The position numbers and the translations under genes were made by a program. Source: Myxococcota bacterium (GTDB lineage: Bacteria; Myxococcota_A; UBA9160; UBA6930). Taken from it: a stretch of 64,000 nucleotides of DNA. This document shows positions 49,964 to 58,791 of this stretch, piece by piece. Position 1 is the stretch's first letter; each line of letters starts with the position of its first letter. Location of the stretch: assembly GCA_965223705.1 (NCBI GenBank), contig OZ245015.1:480001-544000 (forward strand), written 5' to 3'. The notes beneath the pieces are model-generated. The model did no database searches and was not told where the DNA came from. It saw only the letters and a program-made list of their open reading frames with translations.

Positions 49964-51211
49964 ATGGACGATGTTCGGATGCGCGGTTTTACGGCGCGCG
50001 CGGACGTCGCGGACGTGCTGGCGTACATCGAGCGGACCGCCGCGCCGAAGAGCTCGGAGCCGGTCCCGCTGCGAGAAGCTGCGGGTCGCGTGCTTTCCGC
50101 GGATGTTGTCGCGGGCGCGGACGTGCCGGGGTTCGCGCGCTCCGCGATGGACGGTTTCGCCGTGCGCGGCGAAGAGACCTTCGGCGCATCCGACTACGAA
50201 CCCGTCGCTCTGCGCGTGGTCGGCGAGAGCTTTCCCGGCAACCCCTTTCCCGGGGACACCCCGTCCGGTTGCGCCGTAAAGATCATGACGGGCGCGCCAC
50301 TCCCGAGCGGCGCGGACGCCGTCGTGCGTGCCGAGGTGTGCCGACTCCGCGACGCGACCGTCGAAATCACGGAAGCCGTACCGCCGCAAAAGAACGTCGG
50401 CGTCGTCGGCGAAGACATTCGCAAGGGCGATTTGCTGCTCCGCGTCGGGCGACGTCTGCGACCGCAGGATATCGGCGTGCTCTCGTCGGTCGGGATCGCC
50501 CGGATTCCGTGCGTGGAGCGCCCCCGCGTCGCCTTGATCATCACCGGGGACGAACTGCTCCCGGCGGGTACGCCGCCGCAGGGCGCGCATATCGCCGACA
50601 GCAACTCCGTCATGCTCGCGGCACTCGTCGAACGCGACGGCGGCGCGGTGTTACCCTACGACATCCTCCCCGATCGCCCGGACACCATTCGCGCGGCGAT
50701 CGAAGACGCGGGAGCGGACGTTCTCCTGGTTTCCGGCGGCAGCTCCGTCGGCCAGGAAGATCACGCGCCGCGCCTGGTCGCTTCGCTCGGTCGGCTCGAC
50801 TATCACGGCATTGCGATGCGTCCGTCGAGCCCCGCCGGCGTCGGACGCCTACCGGGGCCGGACGGTGAGCGTTGGGTGTTCTTGTTGCCGGGGAATCCCG
50901 TGAGTTGCTTGTGCGCCTACGAGTTTTTCGCCGGACCGACCGTGCGCGTTCTCGGGGGCCGCAGCGCCGCCTGGCCTCACCGTCGGGTAACGCTTCCCCT
51001 CGAGCGGAAGATCAGCTCCGAGGTGGGTCGCGTCGATTACGTCCGCGTCGCGATCGAAAACGATCGGGTGGTTCCACTGGCGACGTCCGGCGCCTCGATT
51101 CTCTCGTCGACCGTGCGAGCGGCGGGTTGTGTGATCGTGGACCGCGACGCGGAGGGAATGGCGGAAGACACACCCGTCGAGGTGCTCCTCTACGACGAGG
51201 TCGGCCGGTGA
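49964..51211 (+). CDS. moeA: Molybdopterin molybdo/tungsto-transferase MoeA
   Basis: RSAMDGFA, IMTGAPLP.GADAVV, TGDEL, DSN, SGGSSVG, LPGNPVS. Confidence 0.93.
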   Translation: MDDVRMRGFTARADVADVLAYIERTAAPKSSEPVPLREAAGRVLSADVVAGADVPGFARSAMDGFAVRGEETFGASDYEPVALRVVGESFPGNPFPGDTPSGCAVKIMTGAPLPSGADAVVRAEVCRLRDATVEITEAVPPQKNVGVVGEDIRKGDLLLRVGRRLRPQDIGVLSSVGIARIPCVERPRVALIITGDELLPAGTPPQGAHIADSNSVMLAALVERDGGAVLPYDILPDRPDTIRAAIEDAGADVLLVSGGSSVGQEDHAPRLVASLGRLDYHGIAMRPSSPAGVGRLPGPDGERWVFLLPGNPVSCLCAYEFFAGPTVRVLGGRSAAWPHRRVTLPLERKISSEVGRVDYVRVAIENDRVVPLATSGASILSSTVRAAGCVIVDRDAEGMAEDTPVEVLLYDEVGR

Positions 51212-53094
51212 AGCAAGACCAGTTCCTCGATGTCATCGATCGCGACGAGGCGGAGAGTCGTTGGCATCACGTGCTCGATTTAACGCGACTCGAGGCTGAG
51301 GAGATCGAACTCGAGGAAGCGCTGTCCCGGGTGCTCGCCGAGGACGTCCGGGCAACCGTCGACGTTCCGGCGTTCGATCGTTCAAACATGGACGGCTTCG
51401 CGGTGCGCTCGCAGGACACGTTCGGAGCGACGGAAGAAGCCCCGGTTTATCTCGAACTGTCCCAAGAGCGCATTCCGACCGGCGTTGTGCCGCAAGGGAC
51501 TGTCGACGTCGGTCGTGCGATGACGATCGCGACTGGAGGCATGCTTCCCCGCGGAGCGGACGCCGTAGTGCCCATCGAAGTGACCGACGTATCGGGCGGA
51601 AAGCTCATGGTGAGACGCGCAGCCGTTCCGGGCGGCGCGGTGTCGTTTGCGGGCACGGATATGGGACGCGGTGAAACCGTTCTCTTCGCGGGGTCGCGAC
51701 TCACGTCTCGGGAGACGGGCGTGCTCGCCGCGATCGGCCAGCGCCGTGTGCGGGTCGTTCGCCGCCCTCGCGTCGCGGTGATCTCGACCGGGGACGAGAT
51801 CGTCGCGCCGGGAGAAACCCTCCCGCTGGGCGGCATCTACGACAGCAACGGCCGTATCCTGACCGATGCGGTGACCGAACTCGGAGGCCTGCCCGTTTTT
51901 CTCGGTGTCTTTCGCGACGATGAGGCCGCGTTGTCCGAAGCGCTCGAGCGAGGGATCGCAGAAGCGGACGCCGTCATCCTCTCCGGGGGAACGTCGAAGG
52001 GCCAAGGCGATCTCAACGCCGCCCTCGTCGCGAAACTCGACCCCGGCGTCATCGTGCACGGCGTGGCGCTCAAGCCCGGAAAGCCCATCTGTCTGGCCGC
52101 ATCGGGCACGAAACCCGTCGTTGTTCTCCCCGGTTTTCCGACGTCCGCGGTGTTCACGTTTCACGAATTCGTCGCCCCGGTCATTCGTCGTCTCGTCGGA
52201 GCGCCGCCCGAGGAGCGCGATACCGAGACCGCACGCGTCGCACTGCGGATCAACTCGGAGCGCGGGCGCCTCGAGTATCTGTTGGTGGGGCTCGTCGCAG
52301 GCCGAGACGGCGAGCTCGCGTGCTACCCGATGGGCAAGGGGAGCGGTTCGGTCACGGCCTTCAGTCGCGCCGACGGCTTCGTGCGTATCGGCCGCAACAC
52401 CGAGATCGTGGAAGCCGACGAGCGCGTCGAAGTCACCCGGATCGGGAAGGCGGGCCGCCTGCCGGATCTCGTGGTGATCGGAAGTCACTGCGCCGGACTC
52501 GACGTGTTGGCGAGTGCGCTCTCGCGCCGCGGGCTTCGCGTCAAGTTGATGGCGGTCGGCAGTCAGGGAGGCCTCTCCGCAGCACAGCGGGGTGAATGCG
52601 ACATCGCTCCCGTACATCTTCTCGACCCCGAGACCGGGAGCTACAACAAGCCTTTTCTCTCCGAAGATCTCGAGCTGATCCCCGGTTATCGCCGCATGCA
52701 GGGCCTGGTTACGCGCACGGAGGAGAAGCGCGATCTCGAGGAGATGGTGCGGGACGATCGAGTGCGCATGGTCAACCGCAACCGCGGCTCGGGAACGCGC
52801 ATCGTCATCGACGGTCTACTCGGCGCGAGACGACCGCCGGGGTACGGTTACGAGCCTCGGTCTCACTACGCGGTCGCCGCGGCCATCGCTCAGGGACGCG
52901 CCGATTGGGGCATTGCGATCGAGGGAGTCGCGCGAGAAGCCGGGCTTCGCTTCGTGCCGCTTGTCGCCGAGCACTACGACTTCATCACGCCCAAGGCGCG
53001 TCGCGACCGCCCCGCCGTGGCCGCATTCGTCGAAGGACTCCGCGGAGATCCCGAGATTCGCGAGGCACTCCTCGCCCTGGGCTTCGAGCTTTGA
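51208..53094 (+). CDS. moeA: MoeA paralogue fused to C-terminal PBP/LysR substrate-binding domain
   Basis: RSNMDGFA, STGDE, SGGTSKG, KPGKP, LPGFPTS; C-terminal GSHC, VGSQGGL, NRNRGSGTR, ADWG, EHYDF. Confidence 0.9.
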   Translation: MKQDQFLDVIDRDEAESRWHHVLDLTRLEAEEIELEEALSRVLAEDVRATVDVPAFDRSNMDGFAVRSQDTFGATEEAPVYLELSQERIPTGVVPQGTVDVGRAMTIATGGMLPRGADAVVPIEVTDVSGGKLMVRRAAVPGGAVSFAGTDMGRGETVLFAGSRLTSRETGVLAAIGQRRVRVVRRPRVAVISTGDEIVAPGETLPLGGIYDSNGRILTDAVTELGGLPVFLGVFRDDEAALSEALERGIAEADAVILSGGTSKGQGDLNAALVAKLDPGVIVHGVALKPGKPICLAASGTKPVVVLPGFPTSAVFTFHEFVAPVIRRLVGAPPEERDTETARVALRINSERGRLEYLLVGLVAGRDGELACYPMGKGSGSVTAFSRADGFVRIGRNTEIVEADERVEVTRIGKAGRLPDLVVIGSHCAGLDVLASALSRRGLRVKLMAVGSQGGLSAAQRGECDIAPVHLLDPETGSYNKPFLSEDLELIPGYRRMQGLVTRTEEKRDLEEMVRDDRVRMVNRNRGSGTRIVIDGLLGARRPPGYGYEPRSHYAVAAAIAQGRADWGIAIEGVAREAGLRFVPLVAEHYDFITPKARRDRPAVAAFVEGLRGDPEIREALLALGFEL

Positions 53095-54257
53095 GCCGAA
53101 GGAGCGCGGACGAGTTCGAACTCGAAATCGAGAGCCTGGCCGCGGGAGGAGACGGCGTGGGCCACGCCCCCGACGGTCGGGCGGTGTTCGTTCCATTCTC
53201 CGCTCCCGGCGACCGGATGCGTGTGCGCGTCCAGAACGAACACGCGCGTTACCTCCACGCCGAAGCGACAGAGCTTGTCTCGCCCGGGCCGGGCCGAACC
53301 GATCCGCTGTGTCCGGTGTTCGGCTCCTGCGGCGGCTGTTCGTGGCAACACCTGGATCTCGCGACACAAACCCGGGCGAAGGCCGACATCATCCGCGACG
53401 CGTTCTCGAGAATCGCGAAGCTACCGCTTCCGCGGAGTTTTCGAATGAACGCCTCGGACGCACCCTACGGCACGCGCAGCCGGGCGCGCGTGTTGGCTTC
53501 GTCGGGCCGCGTCGGTTTCCGCAGGCGCCGTTCGAACGCATTGTGCGCGGTGCATCGGTGTCCCGCATTGTCGCCCGAGCTCGACGAACTGCTCGAATCC
53601 CTGCCGGAACGCGCCGGTCGGCGTCGCGGCGAGTGGGAGCTCGCCGTCGGGGACGATGCGCGGCCCGTGTGCGTTCCGCTTCCGCCCGAAGGCGACGAGG
53701 CCATCACGCTCCGCGTGGGAAGGCGGGAGCTCCGCATTACCGCCGGGGTGTTCTTCCAGGCCCACCGCGGACTCCGCACGGCGCTGCGCGACGTCGTGAC
53801 GGGCCTCGCAGAAAACGGAGAGCGACTCCTCGAGCTCTACGCGGGCTCGGGGTTCTTTACGGGCGAGCTCGCCCGTCGCTACGCCCGAGTCGTCGCGGTC
53901 GAGGGCGTCGGGCTCGCCGCTGCGGACCTGACCTACAACACCGAAGGGATGAGTCTCGTTACCGTGCTCCACGCGAGTGTCGAGGCCGCGTTCGACTCCC
54001 CCATAGTTGCTGGTGCACCACCCGAGACGGTCGTCCTCGACCCGCCGAGGGAAGGTATCTCCGAAGCGGTTCGCGAGGGCTTGCTCGACCTCTCTCCCAA
54101 TTTGATCGTCTATGCGTCGTGCGATCCGGCGACCCTGGCGCGCGATGTCGGACATTTCGCCGACCGCGACTACGCACTGGAACACGCCGAAGGCTTCGAT
54201 CTGTTCCCCCAAACACCCCACGTCGAATGCGTGGTGGCGCTCCGGCGCGGCCACTAG
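53091..54257 (+). CDS. TRAM-domain RNA (uracil-5)-methyltransferase, RlmD/TrmA family
   Basis: GDGVG..FVP..APGD TRAM, CPVFGSCGGC, FFQ, ELYAGSG, LDPPREG, YASCDPATLARD, DLFPQTPHVE. Confidence 0.9.
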   Translation: MSRRSADEFELEIESLAAGGDGVGHAPDGRAVFVPFSAPGDRMRVRVQNEHARYLHAEATELVSPGPGRTDPLCPVFGSCGGCSWQHLDLATQTRAKADIIRDAFSRIAKLPLPRSFRMNASDAPYGTRSRARVLASSGRVGFRRRRSNALCAVHRCPALSPELDELLESLPERAGRRRGEWELAVGDDARPVCVPLPPEGDEAITLRVGRRELRITAGVFFQAHRGLRTALRDVVTGLAENGERLLELYAGSGFFTGELARRYARVVAVEGVGLAAADLTYNTEGMSLVTVLHASVEAAFDSPIVAGAPPETVVLDPPREGISEAVREGLLDLSPNLIVYASCDPATLARDVGHFADRDYALEHAEGFDLFPQTPHVECVVALRRGH

Positions 54258-54274
54258 CTAGGGTCTCGCGTCTC

Positions 54275-54856
54275 ATGTCCAACCAATTCTTCCTGTACGT
54301 CGAAGGCCCCCGGGACCTCGAGCTCCTCACGTTGTGGGCACGGCAGGAATCTCCGCAGCTCGCGAAAGAAGTCGAGAAAGCGGGCGTCATACTGGGCGGT
54401 CGGCAGCCCGATCGCGCCTCGACACACTTGGGGCAGCGGCGACACGCTTCGGGCGTTTGCCTACTCGATCGCGACGAAGGTTTAGAGGTCATGCCCTCTG
54501 AGACGGGCGGTTTGCGATTTCACCAGTGGACACGGCGTCACATCGAGAGCTATTTGCTCGTGCGACGGGTGCTGCGCGCCGGGCTCGCTCCGCGAGAGGA
54601 CCCCCATCGTCTCGATCGACTGATCGAAGAAGAAGTTCCGGAGAGCGAAGCGGAGCTCCGAACGATCCACGCGAAACGGCTCCTCGGAGCGAAAGGGCCT
54701 TTTGCCAAAGCGCTGGGGCGGACCCCGGATCTCCGCCGCGTCGCGCGCTGCATGCGCTCGGACGATCTCCACACCGATATCCAGGCGCTCTTTTCCATGG
54801 TTCGCGAGGGGATCGGCTTACAGGCGCCCGCTGTGAGCTACAAGCAGAGCGTCTAA
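54275..54856 (+). CDS. Stand-alone TOPRIM-like domain protein
   Basis: LYVEGPRD, CLLDRD, RRHIESYLL motifs typical of OLD-family TOPRIM domains. Confidence 0.6.
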   Translation: MSNQFFLYVEGPRDLELLTLWARQESPQLAKEVEKAGVILGGRQPDRASTHLGQRRHASGVCLLDRDEGLEVMPSETGGLRFHQWTRRHIESYLLVRRVLRAGLAPREDPHRLDRLIEEEVPESEAELRTIHAKRLLGAKGPFAKALGRTPDLRRVARCMRSDDLHTDIQALFSMVREGIGLQAPAVSYKQSV

Positions 54857-55824
54857 TCGCGCAAGGCGTCGCGCAGGCGCGGCGTCTGTCCGCGTTTGCG
54901 TTCCGCCCGGACTTCCGCCAACAGATCGAAGGCCCGCCGCAAGAAGACCGCGCCGATCAACACGTGGAAGACGACGAACAACGCGTTCATGGCGAAGGCG
55001 TACGCGATCAGCTCGTCTTGCGGCGCTTGATCTCCGAACAAGTTCGCCCAGGCGAACTCGCGAACGCCGAAGTTGCCCACCGACGGGAGCGAAAGCGCCA
55101 GATAGAGCAGGGGGAGCCGGGAGGTGAGCACCAGCCAATCGAGGGAAATCCCAAAAGCTCGAGACGCCAACCCTTGGATCAAGACGTCGAAGAACGCCAA
55201 ACCGAGGAACCATCCGAAGAACGGGGCGAGGCGCTCGATGGGCAGGCTCTCGATCCAGCGCCTTACGCCCTCGAGAAAGGGAATGGCGAGGTGACGCGAA
55301 GCTCGTGTGAGGAGGCCCAAGGCGACGAGACCCAACCAACCGATCACGACCATCCACCGCACTCCGGTGGTTTCGGAGCTGGCCGGAACGAAAGGGAGGA
55401 CGACGGTCGCTTGTGCCAGCAGCACGAGAAAGTGCAGGACGAAGGGGATGATGGCCGCGGCGACGAGCGCATCGAGGCGTCCGCCGACGTAGCGAGAGAC
55501 TCCGACCAGGAACGCGGCGTCTGCCAGGGGATTGTTGAGCGCGCGAAATCCCTCGGACGCACCGCGCAACGCGAGCAACGTGCGGCGCGGGGCAGGGGTG
55601 ACGAATCGGCGTATCGCTTCGATGGAGACGAAGCTCCAGACGGCGAAGAAGACCAGCTTGTCGAGCGCCGCGAAGGCGATAAAGAGCGGCAGGTTCGCAC
55701 GCTCGGTCACTTCGACGAGTCGCTCCCAGTTCGTCACATGGAAGACGTACGCCAACGACGCGATCGAAATCGCCCAGGGAAGTATTCGTTGGAATAGGCT
55801 GCGCCGCGGCGGCGGGCTTGTCAC
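54853..55824 (-). CDS. Flippase-like (UPF0104) membrane protein
   Basis: Multi-TM; RILPWAI..., LPSVGNFGVRE motif. Confidence 0.6.
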   Translation of the reverse strand: MTSPPPRRSLFQRILPWAISIASLAYVFHVTNWERLVEVTERANLPLFIAFAALDKLVFFAVWSFVSIEAIRRFVTPAPRRTLLALRGASEGFRALNNPLADAAFLVGVSRYVGGRLDALVAAAIIPFVLHFLVLLAQATVVLPFVPASSETTGVRWMVVIGWLGLVALGLLTRASRHLAIPFLEGVRRWIESLPIERLAPFFGWFLGLAFFDVLIQGLASRAFGISLDWLVLTSRLPLLYLALSLPSVGNFGVREFAWANLFGDQAPQDELIAYAFAMNALFVVFHVLIGAVFLRRAFDLLAEVRAERKRGQTPRLRDALRD

Positions 55825-55895
55825 CCGGCGAGCATAGCGGCTCGCAGCGAACCGGCCTCCGTGGTAAAAGGCTACGCCGTGGACGACACCCGCAA

Positions 55896-56705
55896 ATGCT
55901 AAGCGGCACCGCTCGGAAGACGGTGGTAGCCCTCGATTTCGACGGGGTCATTTCCGACAGCGCTCCCGAATCTTTCGCCGTTGCGCTGGCGACGTACGCC
56001 GAATTTCGACCCGCGGCAAAGCTCTCTCCTCTGGCCGAAGCGAGCCCCGAGCGCCCCGAACGGCAGCGGCTCTACCGCTCATTCCTCTCGCTCATGCCGC
56101 TCGGAAACCGCGCCGAAGACTATTTCGTCGCGTTGGACGCCATCGAACGAGGCGAGGCGATCGAGGATCAAGCCGCCTACGACGTCACGTACGCGTCGTA
56201 TGAACCCGACCTCCTCATGGATTTTCACCGGCGATTGTACGAGCGGCGCGACGCGTGGCGAGAGCGCGATCCCGAAGGCTGGTGCCGCTTGATGGCACCC
56301 TATCCGGGGATGCGCGACATCCTCGAAGCGCTCGCCGAGCGCGCGACCTTGGCCATCGCGACGGCGAAGGACCTCGCATCGGTGCTCCTCCTGCTCGAGA
56401 GCTACGGGATGTCGCATCTGTTTCCCGCCCAGCTTCTTTGCGACAAGAGCCACGGTCGAGAGAAAGCTTCCCACCTCCGGGCGCTCGCCGACACAACCGG
56501 ACAGCGCTTTCCCGACATCACGTTCGTCGACGACAAGCTGAATCATCTCGAGGCGGTGGCGCCCCTCGGCGTGCGCTGCGTCCTCGCGAGTTGGGGCTAC
56601 AACAGCGAGCGGGAAATCGAGGCCGCCCGGGAGCGGGGTTTCGCGGTGGCAAGCCTCGCCGACGCCCGGGAAGTCCTTCCCGGCGTCGCTCGCTCGGCGA
56701 CCTGA
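55896..56705 (+). CDS. HAD-family hydrolase
   Basis: ALDFDGVISDS, ATAK, FVDDK, ASWGYN. Confidence 0.82.
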   Translation: MLSGTARKTVVALDFDGVISDSAPESFAVALATYAEFRPAAKLSPLAEASPERPERQRLYRSFLSLMPLGNRAEDYFVALDAIERGEAIEDQAAYDVTYASYEPDLLMDFHRRLYERRDAWRERDPEGWCRLMAPYPGMRDILEALAERATLAIATAKDLASVLLLLESYGMSHLFPAQLLCDKSHGREKASHLRALADTTGQRFPDITFVDDKLNHLEAVAPLGVRCVLASWGYNSEREIEAARERGFAVASLADAREVLPGVARSAT

Positions 56706-56779
56706 CCGGCTACACCGCCCACCGGCAGGACGCGCGCACTTGGCGCAGCCCCGCGGGCGTCCCTACCCTTGCTTGCAGA

Positions 56780-57349
56780 ATGGAAATCCAGGCGGACCTC
56801 GACTTCCGATTTCATGCAGAACGAACGCCGAACCCGAACAGCATCAAGTGGGTGCTCGGACGGCCGATGGCTCCTACAGGGGTGACGGCCCAGTTCTCGG
56901 AGCCGGTCGGTGCGGAGGTGTCCCCGCTCGCAGCGGCTCTGTTCGAGATCGAAGGAATCGTCGGAGTTCTTGTGGCTGCGAATATGGTGACGGTGACGAA
57001 GCGCGAGGAAGCCGACTGGGAGGCCCTGGCACCGTCGATTCTCGACGTCTTGAAGGGCTGCGCCGCGAGCGGCTCCGACGCTTTGGGGCCCGCATGGGTC
57101 CCGCCCGATCGAAGCGAAGAATCCGAAATTGTCACGCGGATACGAGAGGTTCTGGACAACGAAATCCGACCTGCCGTCGCGATGGACGGCGGCGACGTAG
57201 CGTTCGTCGATTTCGAAGCCGGAGTCGTCCGCGTTCTACTTCAGGGTGCCTGTGTCGGGTGCCCGAGTTCGACAGCCACCCTGCGTTTTGGCATCGAGGG
57301 GCGGCTGCGCGAGGTCATTCCCGAGGTCGAACGGGTGGTCTCGGTCTGA
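56780..57349 (+). CDS. Nfu-type Fe-S carrier (Nfu_N + NifU C-terminal domain)
   Basis: TPNPNSIK, SPLA..LF, IRPAVAMDGGD, GACVGCPSS.ATL. Confidence 0.9.
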   Translation: MEIQADLDFRFHAERTPNPNSIKWVLGRPMAPTGVTAQFSEPVGAEVSPLAAALFEIEGIVGVLVAANMVTVTKREEADWEALAPSILDVLKGCAASGSDALGPAWVPPDRSEESEIVTRIREVLDNEIRPAVAMDGGDVAFVDFEAGVVRVLLQGACVGCPSSTATLRFGIEGRLREVIPEVERVVSV

Positions 57350-57453
57350 TTCAGCCGATGCAGCGTTTCTGGGCTCCCCCCCACCGGCGGTGTTCGCCGT
57401 GCCCCACAGATTGACGCGCCGGGACCGACGGCGCGCGGTGGAACGGGGGAATC

Positions 57454-58776
57454 GTGTCAGAAGGAAGAGAATCCCGCGCGGGGCGACTCACCATGCGAGG
57501 GCGCCTCACCCTGATGGGCCTGTTCGCGGTGGCGTCGGCGTCGGTTCTCGGGTGGGCGCTCGAGCGCGGGCCCGCATCGGCGGAACCCTCCGCTGTCCCG
57601 GTCGCCAGCGAGCCCGTCGCGCCAGCCGAAATCTTTCTCGAACCGCCCGTCACGGTCGACCAATGGCTCTCCGACTCGCCGGTTCGAACACGTCCCGGTC
57701 CGCCGGGCCCGCGCAATGTGCCTGGGCCCCTCGAAGTGGAGTACACGTTCTCGCCGGACCTGATGTCGCGCGCGTTCGCGTTGCTCGAGCGGAGTAAGGT
57801 CGCCCTCGGGCACATCGTCGTCCTCGATCCCGAGAGTGGTCAGTTGCTGGCTTATGCCTCGACCGACACCGAAAACTTTCCTCCCCAGCAACTTTATCCC
57901 GCGGCGTCTCTCGTGAAGGTCGTCACCACGGAAGCGACCCTGCGACACGCTCCCGAGGCGGCGCGCGCGCCGTGTCGATTCGTCGGGAGCCCGTATCGGT
58001 TGACTCGAAGTCGCGTCGATCCACCTCGCCGGGGACGCGAGACGAGCTTGAAGCGAGCGCTCGCCATGTCGAACAATCAGTGCTTCGCCCAGCTCGCCGT
58101 GCACCACCTCGGGGCGAACCGATTGCTCGACAGTTTCGAGCGCTTCGGCCTCTTGGAATCTCCGGCGCCGGGACATCCCGCCGGGCGTGCCAGCGATCCG
58201 TCCGGGGACCCCCTGGAACTCGGTCGGCTCGGTTCGGGTCTGGCCGGGCTGCGTATCACGCCGCTCCATGCGGCGCGGATGGCGGCGCTCCTGAGTCACG
58301 GCCGTCTGGTGACGCCGCGCTGGGTCGCGCGCGCCACCGATTCGTTGGGACGCGACCTGGTGCTCCCCCAGTTTCCGGATCGCGAGGTGCTCCGCGCGGA
58401 AACCACGGTGAAGTTGCGGAAGATGTTGGTGGAGACCACGCGTCGCGGAACAGCGAGTCGAGCTTTTCGAACGCGCCGTGGTCGGCCGCTCCTCCAGGAC
58501 GTCGCGGTGGCCGGGAAAACCGGGAGCCTTTCCGGAGAGGAGCCGAAAGGGCGCTACGAGTGGTTCATCGGGGTCGCGCCCGCAGAAGCCCCGCGCGTCG
58601 CCGTCGCTGTCCTCGTCGTGCAGGGAGAGCTCTACTGGGCGACCTCGTCTCAGGTTGCTGCGGAGCTTTTCAAGGAGTTGTTCTGTCCGAAGGGCGTATG
58701 CGACGAGAGCGCTGTCGAGCGCTTCCTGCCCGTCTCCCAATCCGCCGGTCGAACGAGCACGCCGCACGCGGGGTAG
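57454..58776 (+). CDS. Penicillin-binding transpeptidase-domain protein
   Basis: SLVK (SxxK), SNN (SxN), KTG; one N-terminal TM segment; start 57454 or 57493. Confidence 0.85.
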   Translation: MSEGRESRAGRLTMRGRLTLMGLFAVASASVLGWALERGPASAEPSAVPVASEPVAPAEIFLEPPVTVDQWLSDSPVRTRPGPPGPRNVPGPLEVEYTFSPDLMSRAFALLERSKVALGHIVVLDPESGQLLAYASTDTENFPPQQLYPAASLVKVVTTEATLRHAPEAARAPCRFVGSPYRLTRSRVDPPRRGRETSLKRALAMSNNQCFAQLAVHHLGANRLLDSFERFGLLESPAPGHPAGRASDPSGDPLELGRLGSGLAGLRITPLHAARMAALLSHGRLVTPRWVARATDSLGRDLVLPQFPDREVLRAETTVKLRKMLVETTRRGTASRAFRTRRGRPLLQDVAVAGKTGSLSGEEPKGRYEWFIGVAPAEAPRVAVAVLVVQGELYWATSSQVAAELFKELFCPKGVCDESAVERFLPVSQSAGRTSTPHAG

Positions 58777-58791
58777 AGGCAGAGGCTGGCT

